Shown: positions 11,901 to 20,179, counted from the first letter of the stretch. The stretch is DNA of 64,000 nt from Phycisphaeraceae bacterium (GCA_963674705.1 OY771506.1:3104001-3168000); one strand, 5' to 3'. Notes: a model not told the origin generated them from the letters alone. Translations and numbers: made by a program.

Positions 11901-12504
11901 TCAAGAGATGGGCGATGCCCTGGCCGCCAAGGGCGATCAACGCGCCGCACGTCAGGCGCTGGAGTCTGCCTGGTACTACTCATTGTCTGATCCGGCGCTG
12001 AATGAAGATGCACGTGTGCAGCTTCACCGGCTTGCCGAGGAGCAGGCCATGGTCGGGCTGGTCGGCAACCGTGGCCGGATCCGCCAGCAATCTGGCGTTC
12101 AGCAGGAAGTGAGCCAATCGGAATCGATCGGCGAACGTTTCGATCGAGATCAGGCCCGCAGACTGCGTAACACCCTAAGCAAGGCCGACAGCGAAAACCT
12201 TCAGGCCATCATTAACCGGATGATCGAATCACAGGAAGCCGCCACGGTCGCCGGCGTACCCTTACTGGTCAACCTGCCGATCCGCGGCGTCCCGCTTCAG
12301 TTCTCACGTTCGATCCAGGTTAATCCCGATGCCCCGATGTGGGTCGCGTTTGACGCCAAACCACCGATGACTTCGCGATTGAATAACGACCTGACCTGGT
12401 CGATCGCGACCTTCCTGGGGCTGCTTTTCATCATCTCCATCAGCGTGATGATCGGGCAATGGGTGCGATCAAACGGATCAGCGATCAAGCCAACTGATGC
12501 ATGA
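5959..12504 (+). CDS. Giant (2181 aa) internally duplicated membrane protein of unknown function (alternative start 5992)
   Basis: Long ORF 3 bp after the vWA gene stop. Signal peptide (LALPARA-D), repeated beta-rich modules, central TM cluster, internal LTGC lipobox, C-terminal TM. Confidence 0.85.
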   Translation: MTFQTHCGVSPMKQAFSLTVLTVLMCILGLALPARADVEVDNAAVLADIDGSNLTFTVRFEITIKQRDQWVDVAVGELVLDEVHSPEGGYTLEYDAERKAYRMGFGSAGSRSVELTLAAKPVPVGETGWREASFEMPASRVRELELTSDRTDLEVELVGAVRVDRKVDDGKLHITGVQGADKRFIVRWKPTVRDLDAELVFATELNTIASVQPGAIRLDTLVIYDVAQGKLRELSLHTPKGLSITQVLGNNIRDWHIESTPADEPDILRVVLSQPQTGRYGLQVVGESMVSTFPTQTKLPVIEPIGGTRAGGRLAIGTDSAISLLIKQAGGLSQIDATAMPQIILDNQHPRHTPTSKVFFYSFASPNYELLLGLDHVEPTFDALVRVLANIGQDEMRINTQVELDIRDAPLRQVDISIPAGLTLVNATGAQVDDYRLIEGDNEADESVRVSFAQPVSGHVMLDLRLELGRPPLDQTLKLYGFTVNDARSMRGFLVLSSDQGVELGQITHDPQQLREVNVASVPIRVASARYAFRFSDSDWEAAFTPKQTPPSVRAEAFHLISLGEGVAYGNVVLSYYITGSPIDTLSFHVEPNLKNVEFVGRDVRNAKQDDADPSLWTVTLQRRVIGDYNLAVTYSQPAARDGDILAGGVQCVEVESQSGYLAVASHLDLRLSPQNPAESGLIELDREELPANYRLLVSAPLIACYSYAGEVTPMTIKIDAYDLGSLLPAVVELTELDTRISTQDSGEAQSSTTMTFKVKNSSGQFLSLRLPENAEVWSTRLADGYQTDEQGNPILDEKGVAIGNFKRIVASHDKKTGELLIPLPRPRDPNTPMTIELIYGQVHPDLGFAGDLTLQGPVGSVASTYDNWKVTVPPNWAVHYKSGDLRPEPRAEHHGSVSHVLRYVFDSWGWVVNRVTVLLTILGALAVASIVLLVVWLTARGYFSQAVVGLCLILLLLLGISASTAPSITEYLSQPDDLTTLQFNQVMSTTQGEAVTMTLRVTPAWRQYASVFSTIIVPVAGLLAIVASAFVSRFRKLLIAAGLAAILCAACRLPVLSQALGHLLTWGVPAILLAVFVWRVFIPKLRSVKQLKQAAAVATVLALSLLLLTGCASSTKPPITSDGSILNRVELDLSVEDDAMAGELRVDINTSQPTRINMLQPGAILLSVEPDTDAISLESVDGRYDLVVKHPGSYHATIRFLMPLPVADPQLAHTFQMSLPPSLTNHVALTIPGTAYDVRCPSAVRLSKTEADEQTTVQAIIGHSEPLVFSWRPRARERSLEKTVLYAGTTELVRFDTGIIEQVSRVRLDIAQGQVETLSLLAPEGMTVTSVQGANIGTWRFDPKSRQVEAKLTQPATGSYTFLVVMQQAVTDLPANVKLSRLQVIGAENQRSMIGLAQTANVYTVVEEHPQPINVDDFTREASVLIAPVAQQLSGGVKSAYRAGEKDEVDVTVHRVRSELRTAENATFAIMDERLVYNGTFTLLISKAGQFSVDLMIPQGYDIDALTASQVSHWDEAETDNGRVVTVHFRTRTIGQVDLALALSRSIGSLPDSLEAPRVSAVDAMKHTGQLVVSSDQSVRIEVDSRTGVSEVDPVEIGVRTPGTLAFRLLRPEWSLKLNTEVIDPVIDAELLHTARVMEGVVRHRCYIRHQIRHAGAKVFSVRLPEDATAVVVTGSEIARISQPDNSDASLYQIELTRKQFTRPYQLTVQYETPIPDEAQTVVIEPVIVPGAERQRGFVTITAGPRMELAEVGTDKTMQPAEARTIPREFGAGDLSEAALCYITSSNDYHLDLSITRHEAAELLDANIRRVNIESVINQAGASINRVKVELTVGGKRHLRAILPHDAEVWSLMVGAKSVVPSVLPSGSRTSSAPVYLIPLSPDAAGDMPVEIDLVYASKQTPTALNDWTSLQGPRFDLPLHNITWTIYAPPGFVYDNFEGTLGYEEAQAVEPDVVHFTAGAYQKQVQRMNVRNLSKALDLQEMGDALAAKGDQRAARQALESAWYYSLSDPALNEDARVQLHRLAEEQAMVGLVGNRGRIRQQSGVQQEVSQSESIGERFDRDQARRLRNTLSKADSENLQAIINRMIESQEAATVAGVPLLVNLPIRGVPLQFSRSIQVNPDAPMWVAFDAKPPMTSRLNNDLTWSIATFLGLLFIISISVMIGQWVRSNGSAIKPTDA

Positions 12505-12680
12505 AGCTTCGGGTGGCGATCATCGGTATGTATAAATGGTGAAACTGGTTAAGAAGGGCTGTCTGGTTATGGCATAAAAAACATATCAAACCATACGGAA
12601 TCAGACCGGAATCGGTTATAATAGTTAGTCTGGCTATTATTTATTCACCACTACAGTTTTTGGGGGCGGAGAGACACCGT

Positions 12681-14465
12681 ATGGCATTTTCTAAGTTCTG
12701 GTCTGTAATCGCGTTAGCTGTTTTGTTCACGGTATCGTCAGCTTCGGCTGATGCTTATGATCCCCCCGCTAGCTACTACAGCTCCGCGACCGGCACGGGT
12801 GCGACGCTCAAAAACCAACTTACGACCATCATGTCCACCGGGCATATTCAGCGCACCTATGGCGACTACAGGTATGCAGCCGCCTTGTTTGAAGCCGATC
12901 CGAATCATTCCGGCAACATCCTGCTGGTTTACAACCGCGCCTCTGTTAGCGCTACCTGGGATGGCGGTATAACCTGGAACCGCGAACACGTCTGGCCACA
13001 GTCGCTACAACCCGGATCGGTCAGCAATAGTTCCAAGGGCAACCTCGGTGATCATCACGCACTGCGTGCCTGTAATCCGAGTATTAATAGTTCCCGCGGT
13101 AACGATCCTTATGGCAACATCGATTCCTCCGGTTCCTACGGCGCGGTGACCGGCGGTTATTACTACCCCGGTGATGCGGATGCCGGCGATATCGCACGGG
13201 CATTGTTCTATTCCGATACACGGTGGACCAGTCTGGGTTTATCTTTGGTTAATACTTATCCCACGGGTTACCAGATGGGTAATCTTGCTTCACTTATCGA
13301 ATGGAACTACGCCGATCCGCCGGATGAATTCGAACGCCGTCGCAACCAGACGATCTACAGCTCAGCCCTTAACCCGAGCTACTATCAGAACAACCGAAAC
13401 GCTTACATCGACCACCCCGAATATGTCTGGTCGATCTATGGCGGTGGGAACAACAACAGTCAGATTTCCGTCGGTGGTGTTGCCAACGCCGATGGCAGCT
13501 CTGCTGTTACAGTGGACCTCGGTCGTGTCATCACCGGCTCGGCCGTCCCTGCCGCTCAATCCGTTAGCGTCATTAAATTCAATAGCAACCCAACCTATTA
13601 CGAGGTTACGACTTCGGGTGACGCGACATCCAGTATCACCGGCAGATACAACGCGTTCGTTTCAGGTGTAGGCATTACCAGTCTTGACGCAGGGCTTAAC
13701 ACCTCCACCGCGACAGCCGGGCTCAAATCAGGCACCATTACCGTCGACAACATCGATATCACCTCCGGCGGCACCGGCATGGGCTCCGCTGATGCCGACG
13801 ACATCATCACCGTGAACCTGGATGTCGTCGATCACGCCCAGGCATCTTTTGCCTCCGGCCTGGATCAGAACCTGCTTACGATCGACTTCGGCAGCGTCAA
13901 TCTCGGCGGCACGCTCGATACAAGCTTCGATATTTTCAACCTCGAACAAACCTTCGGTTACACCGCCGACCTCGACTTGGATTCGATCCTCGGCTTCGGT
14001 GACACCTCGATTCTGACGACTAACCTTTCAGCCTTCAGCGGGTTGACCGCCGGTTATTCCAATGACTTCCTGGCCAGCTTTGATACCAGCACGATGGGTT
14101 CGTTCAGCGCAATGTACACCCTGACGCTTTCCGATGAAGACATCACCGGTGCGACAAATCAGGTGCTAACCCTGCAACTGCTCGGTGAAGTCACAGGGCT
14201 TGAAGGCGATCTGGACGGCGACGGCTTCGTCGGCCTGGATGACCTTGACATCGTCCTGGGCAACTGGAACCAGAGCGTGCCCCCGGCTGCCAGCAATGCC
14301 GATCCATCGGGTGATGGTTTTGTCGGACTGGACGATCTGGATATCGTCCTGAACAACTGGAACGAAGGCACCCCGCCCGCTACGGATGTCGTGCCCGAAC
14401 CGACGATGGCTTGGCTGTTGGGCCTTGGTATTACAGGCCTGATCGCTCGCCGAAGGGCCGCCTGA
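12681..14465 (+). CDS. Extracellular endonuclease I family nuclease with Ig-like domains, dockerin-like repeat and PEP-CTERM anchor
   Basis: Signal peptide; WNREHVWPQS, DHHALRACNPSINSSRGN, GDIARALFY, NRNAYIDHPE motifs; paired GDGFVGLDDLDIVL; VPEP-TM-RRR. Start placed at ATG 12681. Confidence 0.9.
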   Translation: MAFSKFWSVIALAVLFTVSSASADAYDPPASYYSSATGTGATLKNQLTTIMSTGHIQRTYGDYRYAAALFEADPNHSGNILLVYNRASVSATWDGGITWNREHVWPQSLQPGSVSNSSKGNLGDHHALRACNPSINSSRGNDPYGNIDSSGSYGAVTGGYYYPGDADAGDIARALFYSDTRWTSLGLSLVNTYPTGYQMGNLASLIEWNYADPPDEFERRRNQTIYSSALNPSYYQNNRNAYIDHPEYVWSIYGGGNNNSQISVGGVANADGSSAVTVDLGRVITGSAVPAAQSVSVIKFNSNPTYYEVTTSGDATSSITGRYNAFVSGVGITSLDAGLNTSTATAGLKSGTITVDNIDITSGGTGMGSADADDIITVNLDVVDHAQASFASGLDQNLLTIDFGSVNLGGTLDTSFDIFNLEQTFGYTADLDLDSILGFGDTSILTTNLSAFSGLTAGYSNDFLASFDTSTMGSFSAMYTLTLSDEDITGATNQVLTLQLLGEVTGLEGDLDGDGFVGLDDLDIVLGNWNQSVPPAASNADPSGDGFVGLDDLDIVLNNWNEGTPPATDVVPEPTMAWLLGLGITGLIARRRAA

Positions 14466-14560
14466 TCGACAGAATCACGCATCCAGAAATCAAAAAAGTA
14501 TTGCTAATTTACGTTTTGTCACTATCGTGAGATGCGGCTGGTATTCATCAGGAGCATCCC

Positions 14561-16078
14561 ATGAGTAGGTTTTCGCATGGTTCCGCTGCGTCTGCTCGTC
14601 TATGTGGTTTAATCCTCGCGATCTGCACCGGTGCTGCCGGGGCAACCGTCAGCCTCGACATCGACTTCGACAGCGGTTCACTCGACCTCGCTGCGACCAC
14701 TATTTCATCCAGCGGTAACACCATCAATCTTGTCGGCAGGGATAACTATTATGGCGGCGGCCAGTGGCGCTGGTTCTACTTCCGCGCTTCGGGGATCGAT
14801 GGCAAGACACCTTTATTTAACATCAGTGATGACTTCGCCGGCGGCGCATACACCTTGCCTTACCACGCGATGTGCTACAGCTACGACAATGAAACCTGGT
14901 ACGAATTCGACAACAACTACCTGACATCTTCTTCCTGGCGTTTTCAGAACGATTCACCATTCACGCAGGACGAGGTCTACGTCGCCTATAGCTTCCCGTA
15001 TCCCTATTCGCGCACGGCAGACAAGGTGGCGCAATGGAAGCTCAATCCGTACGTCAGCCCCACTATCAGCTCGAACGCCGATCTCGTGATCGGCCAATCA
15101 CCCGGTGGGGTGGATGACCTTGGCCGAACCATCGCTCCCCGAGATATGTGGGCGTTCAAGATCACAGATGACTCGGTATCCAGCAGCGGCAAGACAAAGA
15201 TCGTCTTAGACGCGTCTATGCATGCCGGTGAAGTCCTTTCTAACTGGACTTTGGAAGGCACGGTCGAGTTCCTGATCAGTGATGATCCCCGTGCGATCGA
15301 GTTACGCAAACACGCCGAGTTTTTTGTCTATCCACAGATCAATCCCGACGGGCGATACGCCGGCAACAACCGTTCAACCATCAACAATCCTAATGTCGAT
15401 CCAAACGGATACTGGAAGCCGTACAAATGGACCGATAAACCCGATCTGCAACTCACCGGCGAAGCCATGCTCGCCGACCTGCAGATCGATTCCGGCGGCA
15501 GCGCCGACTACTTCATCGACTACCACTCTTCGATCTGGGACCCTATCGGTGACGACTGGATGTACCTTCACGAGCAACTCGGTCATGTCGATGATCCATT
15601 CTGGCAACGATTAACAGGCCTGGCCCCCGAGCTTGAATGGGCGCAGTCCGGCGGGATCAACAGCTCCACACTCGCCGCTTTCGGCCGCGACTATCTCGGC
15701 GCTCACTTCGATGCGACTTTCGAGACCATGTTCCTTTCGGGACGAAACATCGATCATTACACCACGCTAGGTGAAAACGTCGGGATCGCTTTCTACGAAG
15801 CGCTCGCCCGACTCCAAGGCGACGTCAACGCCGACGGCTTCGTAGGTTTGGCAGACCTAGACATTCTTTTGAATAATTGGAACCAAGCCGTCCCACTGGG
15901 CAGCATCGATCACGGCGACCTGGCCGGTGACGGTGACGGCTACATTGGCCTGTCCGACCTTGATGTCATCCTGAACAACTGGAATGCAGGCTCCCTGCCA
16001 ATGGCGATTGCCATACCGGAACCCGCTGCATTAAGTGTGTTCATAATCGGTACTGGTTTACTCACCAAACGCCGTTGA
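14561..16078 (+). CDS. M14 zinc carboxypeptidase-like protein with dockerin-like repeat and PEP-CTERM
   Basis: FDSGSL/WFYF N-domain, HAGE zinc motif, NPDG, IDYH; dockerin-like pair; IPEP-TM-KRR. Confidence 0.85.
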   Translation: MSRFSHGSAASARLCGLILAICTGAAGATVSLDIDFDSGSLDLAATTISSSGNTINLVGRDNYYGGGQWRWFYFRASGIDGKTPLFNISDDFAGGAYTLPYHAMCYSYDNETWYEFDNNYLTSSSWRFQNDSPFTQDEVYVAYSFPYPYSRTADKVAQWKLNPYVSPTISSNADLVIGQSPGGVDDLGRTIAPRDMWAFKITDDSVSSSGKTKIVLDASMHAGEVLSNWTLEGTVEFLISDDPRAIELRKHAEFFVYPQINPDGRYAGNNRSTINNPNVDPNGYWKPYKWTDKPDLQLTGEAMLADLQIDSGGSADYFIDYHSSIWDPIGDDWMYLHEQLGHVDDPFWQRLTGLAPELEWAQSGGINSSTLAAFGRDYLGAHFDATFETMFLSGRNIDHYTTLGENVGIAFYEALARLQGDVNADGFVGLADLDILLNNWNQAVPLGSIDHGDLAGDGDGYIGLSDLDVILNNWNAGSLPMAIAIPEPAALSVFIIGTGLLTKRR

Positions 16079-16101
16079 TTAGCACATAACCCACCAACAC
16101 A

Positions 16102-16123
16102 TAGCCCGACCATCCTGGTCGGG
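16102..16123. repeat. REP-like hairpin (TAG + 8-bp perfect stem)
   Basis: TAG-CCCGACCA-tcc-TGGTCGGG between convergent genes. Confidence 0.4.
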
Positions 16124-16153
16124 TCTTGATCCTATTTGGCATCCATCACCGTC

Positions 16154-16199
16154 AAATAAAAACCGCCCTTCTCCCGATTTGAATTCGAGAGAAGGGCGG
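16154..16199 (-). terminator. Rho-independent terminator of the 888-aa PEP-CTERM gene
   Basis: CCGCCCTTCTC...GAGAAGGGCGG stem followed by TTTTTATTT on the minus strand. Confidence 0.75.
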
Positions 16200-16298
16200 C
16201 GGGGTATATGCCACGTGGAATCGGCGTCAGGCCAGTTTATCTTTCTCCCATGTGCTCCTTGATCCGTATTCCACGTTTAAATAAGCCTGCCTGTCGGT

Positions 16299-18965
16299 TC
16301 AGCGACGCTTGAGGATCGCCACGCCACCGAGGCTCAGCAGCGCGAGGCTGGCCGGTTCGGGGATGGCGTTATTGCTGGCGGAGGTCGGCGGGGTGCCGGC
16401 GTTCCAGTTGTTCAGCACGATGTCCAGGTCGTCCAGGCCGACAAAGCCGTCACCCGAGGGATCGGCAGCCGGATCGGCCGGGGGCACGTTCTGGTTCCAG
16501 ACACCAAGGATGATGTCCAGGTCATCCAGGCCGACGAAGCCGTCGCCGTTCAGGTCGCCCGGGAGGCCGCCGAAGTATGCCTGGTCCAATGCGTCGGTGA
16601 TGCCGTCGCCGTTGAAGTCGCCGCCGGCCCAGCCCAGGCCGCTCAGGCCCAGGTTCGTGGTCACGATGCCTTCGTCGGTCGTGTCAACCACGCCGTCGAG
16701 GTTGGCGTCGCCGTAGGCGGTTTCCAGAACCGTCTCGATAACCCAGTCAACATCGTCCTGACCGACGACCAGGTTGCCGTTCATGTCCGCGCTCAGGTCC
16801 ATGTAAACAGCCTGGTCGAGGATCGAGAAGTCACCGAAGTTGGCGTAGACATAGTCGATGTCCATCGCGTCAACGATGCCGTCGCTGCCGGTCGGCTTAC
16901 CGCCCATGCTCACGGCGTTGCCGGCGATGTCAGCAGCGCTGTCACCGGCGTCATAGGTGCCGTTGGCCAGCGTCGTGCCGAAGAAGTTCGCGCCGTACTC
17001 GGTGTCGACTGCTTCGAAAGCGGCGCCGCGGTTGAGCTTGCCGCCGTCGATATACAAACCGTCGGCGAAGTAACGGACGTCGTCTTCGTTGAAGTTACCG
17101 TCGCCGTTGAAGTCGCCGATGATTTCGACAACCAGCCCTGTGCCGGTTTCGGGCTGAGCGACCGAACTCGGCGAAGCGCCGAGGCCGCGATAGTTGGCCC
17201 ATGCCATCATCTTGGCAACGTCAGCGGTCGAGCGAGCGCCGTCATTGTTGAAGTCGCCGGCGATGTGGTTGCGGGCCGACAGGCCGCTGGCGCCATAACT
17301 CACGGCGTTGCCGTCAACGTCTAAGTATTCGTCGTTGATGTTGCCGTCGGTGTAAGTGATGCCGCTGGTGCGTGTGGGGACACGGCCGGCGCCGACGCTG
17401 CCGGTCGCATCAACACTGCCAAGCGTGGAACTCAGGGCGCTGAGGCTGGCCGAGTTCACGTTCGCGTTGTACACAGGATTGGTCTGGCTGAAGTCGATGC
17501 CGTCGACAGCGATACGCTCGATGGCAGCTGTCAGGGTGTAGTTGCTGACCAGCAGTTCACCGGGCGAGCCCTGGTTGTTCGGGTCACCGGGCAGGCTGAC
17601 GAAGTTAGCGATCGAATCCACAATGTTGTTGATGTAACTGGCGGCGGTGTCGTTCGCCATCTTAGGATTGGTGGTGTACAGCGGGTCGCTGGGGTCGCGG
17701 CTGGCGTTTGGATCGCCTACGGTCGCGAACGTTTCCGAACCACCGACCTGCCAGCCATCGTTTACATCAGCGTTGTTGATGATGTTGTCGGCACTGGGGC
17801 GGACATAGGTGTTGCCGTCCGGATTGCCGTCGCCGTCACCATCGATGTCCTTCATGACGTTAAGCAGTTCGTACTTGCCGCCTTCCATATCGGCGATAGC
17901 GCGGCTGCCACCGAGTAGACCCGTGTAACCCACAGCAAGACGACCGTTCTGGACGGTACCTTCCATGCGGGAAGAGCCGCCGAGCGCGTCGGTTGTGTAG
18001 TCCGGACCGAGGATGTCATTGACATCCGAGTCGGTCTTGGCGCTCTGGTTGTCGCCGCGGCCGAAGGAGGGATCGACGCCGATGGAGTTCATCGCACCGT
18101 TACGCGTACCCGAGCCCGAGTCACGGGTCGAGGCCTGCAGGTTTTCACCATTAGGCATACGGCCGGTAACGAACAAGTGCTGAAGCTCGGTCATCTTGAC
18201 ATCTTCCAGGCCGGTGCCGGGGTTGGCGATGAAACCGATGGGCACCCAGGCGATAGTTGTGTCGTAGACGGTGTGGTCGTCCGGTGAAGCCATGTTGGTG
18301 TTCAGGGGCGTGGAGGTGACGCCATCATCCAGGCTCTTGAGCGTGTTGCCCTGGCCGGTTGTGGTTTTCAGAGAGTTGGTGCCATAGGAGGCATCACCCG
18401 GGCGGGCACTCCAGGAGGCAGCAGTAGCCGTCGGGTTGGCTACGAACCAACTGGTCGGGACGTCCATAACGCCGATGTCGATGGAGGTCTGGACGACGGG
18501 TGAACCACCGGGGTTCGAGGCGTTGCCGACACCGGGGACAATCGCGCCGGTCTGGTCAACGTAAGCAACTTGGTTGATGATGCCGCCTTCAGCCGCGAGG
18601 CTGGTGGGCAAGCCACCGGTGCGGCTGTCGAGACGAGCCAGCTGGTAGTTACGCATTTCCGCCAGGCCGTTACCCGAGCCGACGCCACGGTAGTTGAAGG
18701 TGTAGAACGTGCTGGAGAATGCGGCGGTGCCGTATTCCTTAGCGAGCTGCGGCGGGGGAAAGGTACCGAGTGAGCCGGCCAACCCATCACCGTCGACATC
18801 GATGTAGTCGTTGGTGGAAGCGGCGAAGGTGAAGAAGTCATAGAACAGGGTCGCGCCTGAGACGTTGACCTGGCCGGAAGGGTACTGGGCGTTCGCCTGA
18901 CCCGTCAGTGCCAAGGCCGCCGTGCATGTCAGCGCCGTAGCGAGAAGATGCCGAGTGGAAAACAT
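16299..18965 (-). CDS. PEP-CTERM surface protein with PstS-like (periplasmic binding protein type 2) N-terminal region and several dockerin/EF-hand-like repeats
   Basis: Signal peptide; SGAT, YRGVGSGNG and RDSGSGTR motifs as in phosphate-binding proteins; GDFNNDG/GDFNGDG/GDANLDG repeats; IPEP-TM-KRR; strong RBS. Confidence 0.8.
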   Translation of the reverse strand: MFSTRHLLATALTCTAALALTGQANAQYPSGQVNVSGATLFYDFFTFAASTNDYIDVDGDGLAGSLGTFPPPQLAKEYGTAAFSSTFYTFNYRGVGSGNGLAEMRNYQLARLDSRTGGLPTSLAAEGGIINQVAYVDQTGAIVPGVGNASNPGGSPVVQTSIDIGVMDVPTSWFVANPTATAASWSARPGDASYGTNSLKTTTGQGNTLKSLDDGVTSTPLNTNMASPDDHTVYDTTIAWVPIGFIANPGTGLEDVKMTELQHLFVTGRMPNGENLQASTRDSGSGTRNGAMNSIGVDPSFGRGDNQSAKTDSDVNDILGPDYTTDALGGSSRMEGTVQNGRLAVGYTGLLGGSRAIADMEGGKYELLNVMKDIDGDGDGNPDGNTYVRPSADNIINNADVNDGWQVGGSETFATVGDPNASRDPSDPLYTTNPKMANDTAASYINNIVDSIANFVSLPGDPNNQGSPGELLVSNYTLTAAIERIAVDGIDFSQTNPVYNANVNSASLSALSSTLGSVDATGSVGAGRVPTRTSGITYTDGNINDEYLDVDGNAVSYGASGLSARNHIAGDFNNDGARSTADVAKMMAWANYRGLGASPSSVAQPETGTGLVVEIIGDFNGDGNFNEDDVRYFADGLYIDGGKLNRGAAFEAVDTEYGANFFGTTLANGTYDAGDSAADIAGNAVSMGGKPTGSDGIVDAMDIDYVYANFGDFSILDQAVYMDLSADMNGNLVVGQDDVDWVIETVLETAYGDANLDGVVDTTDEGIVTTNLGLSGLGWAGGDFNGDGITDALDQAYFGGLPGDLNGDGFVGLDDLDIILGVWNQNVPPADPAADPSGDGFVGLDDLDIVLNNWNAGTPPTSASNNAIPEPASLALLSLGGVAILKRR

Positions 18966-19135
18966 TATTAATCTCTCCTTTTCCTCGTTGAGTGGACCCG
19001 CACGTGCGAGTCCTGAAGTTAAGACGATGCTTGAAACGCTGGGCGCACATACCGCGCGGTACGATCAACGCCCGTCATCCTTCTCTCATTTGTGGGCGGT
19101 AAAAAACGCCGCCGGTACTGATTAGTGGTTAATGG

Positions 19136-20179
19136 TTATTCGTTGTAGTCATACACACCGGTATCGCCACCGGTCACGGAATACATCCGGTCTCCCCACT
19201 GACGATTCTGCATGGTCTCCAGGATCGACTCACGCTCGACGTGGCCGTCGGCGAAGAGGAAGTTGCCACTGCCTTCAGCACCCTTGCCGCCGCCACCGCC
19301 ACCGCTGTGGTGCCGGCCGACCGCGTTGATATTGGGACCGCCGCTGGAGATCTGAGAAAGCGCACCGGTGGTCTGTGCGAGCAGTGTGTCGTAATCCTGC
19401 AAACCGAATTCTTCACTGCCGATATTCGCCGGGTCGTAGAACCAGCGGCCGCGTCCATAATTGCTGTCCGGTTCCGTATGGGCAGCCAGACCGGACAAAC
19501 CACGCAACGCCACAATCGGGCGGTGACTCTTCGATACGGATTGATCGCGAATCAGGTGCGTGTTCTCGCTGTATTCCGCGGCAAGGATCGTCTTGCTGAC
19601 GTTGGTCACGTTGCCGACGTTCACCAGTTGGTTCTTACGAGCGGTCTGCGAGTTGAATTTGTTACGTGGGATTAGCGCCGAGTTGCCCGCATAGGCCATA
19701 CGTGACGCCTGCAGGTCCACCGGGCTGTTGGGCGCGTTTTGCCAGTCGTCTCGGTCCTCGCCGGGGTAGGTCCGTGGCATCCCGCCGTTTTCCATCGCCG
19801 GGCACTTGAATGCGTCGTCGCCACCATTCTGTCGGCTGTACACCATGAACGACCAGTGCATATAGCGGTTGTATGGATTGGTGTTGATCTGGTCGCTCCA
19901 CCGCCAGCCGCCGTTATCGTCGTACGGATACACATAACTCGGTGGCAGCAGGTCTTTGCCGTCCGCTGTGTAGCTCATCATCGCCTGTCCGACGCTGCGC
20001 TGATTGCCACCGCAGACGATCGCCTGCGCAGATCGCCTTGCTGCGCCTAGCGCCGGCAGCAGGATGCCGACCAGCAGGGCGATGATTGAAATCACCACCA
20101 GCAGTTCGATGAGCGTGAAGCCTTTTTTCCGGACATCCGTTTCCAAGGTGGAGCGTCTCCGTCGCATCGTCATAGCCAT
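19136..20179 (-). CDS. Prepilin-type N-terminal cleavage/methylation protein, DUF1559 family, with H-Xn-DG C-terminal motif
   Basis: KKG|FTLIELLVVISIIALLVGILLPALGAARRSAQAIVCGGNQR and RHH...GNFLFADGHVE. Confidence 0.92.
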   Translation of the reverse strand: MAMTMRRRRSTLETDVRKKGFTLIELLVVISIIALLVGILLPALGAARRSAQAIVCGGNQRSVGQAMMSYTADGKDLLPPSYVYPYDDNGGWRWSDQINTNPYNRYMHWSFMVYSRQNGGDDAFKCPAMENGGMPRTYPGEDRDDWQNAPNSPVDLQASRMAYAGNSALIPRNKFNSQTARKNQLVNVGNVTNVSKTILAAEYSENTHLIRDQSVSKSHRPIVALRGLSGLAAHTEPDSNYGRGRWFYDPANIGSEEFGLQDYDTLLAQTTGALSQISSGGPNINAVGRHHSGGGGGGKGAEGSGNFLFADGHVERESILETMQNRQWGDRMYSVTGGDTGVYDYNE

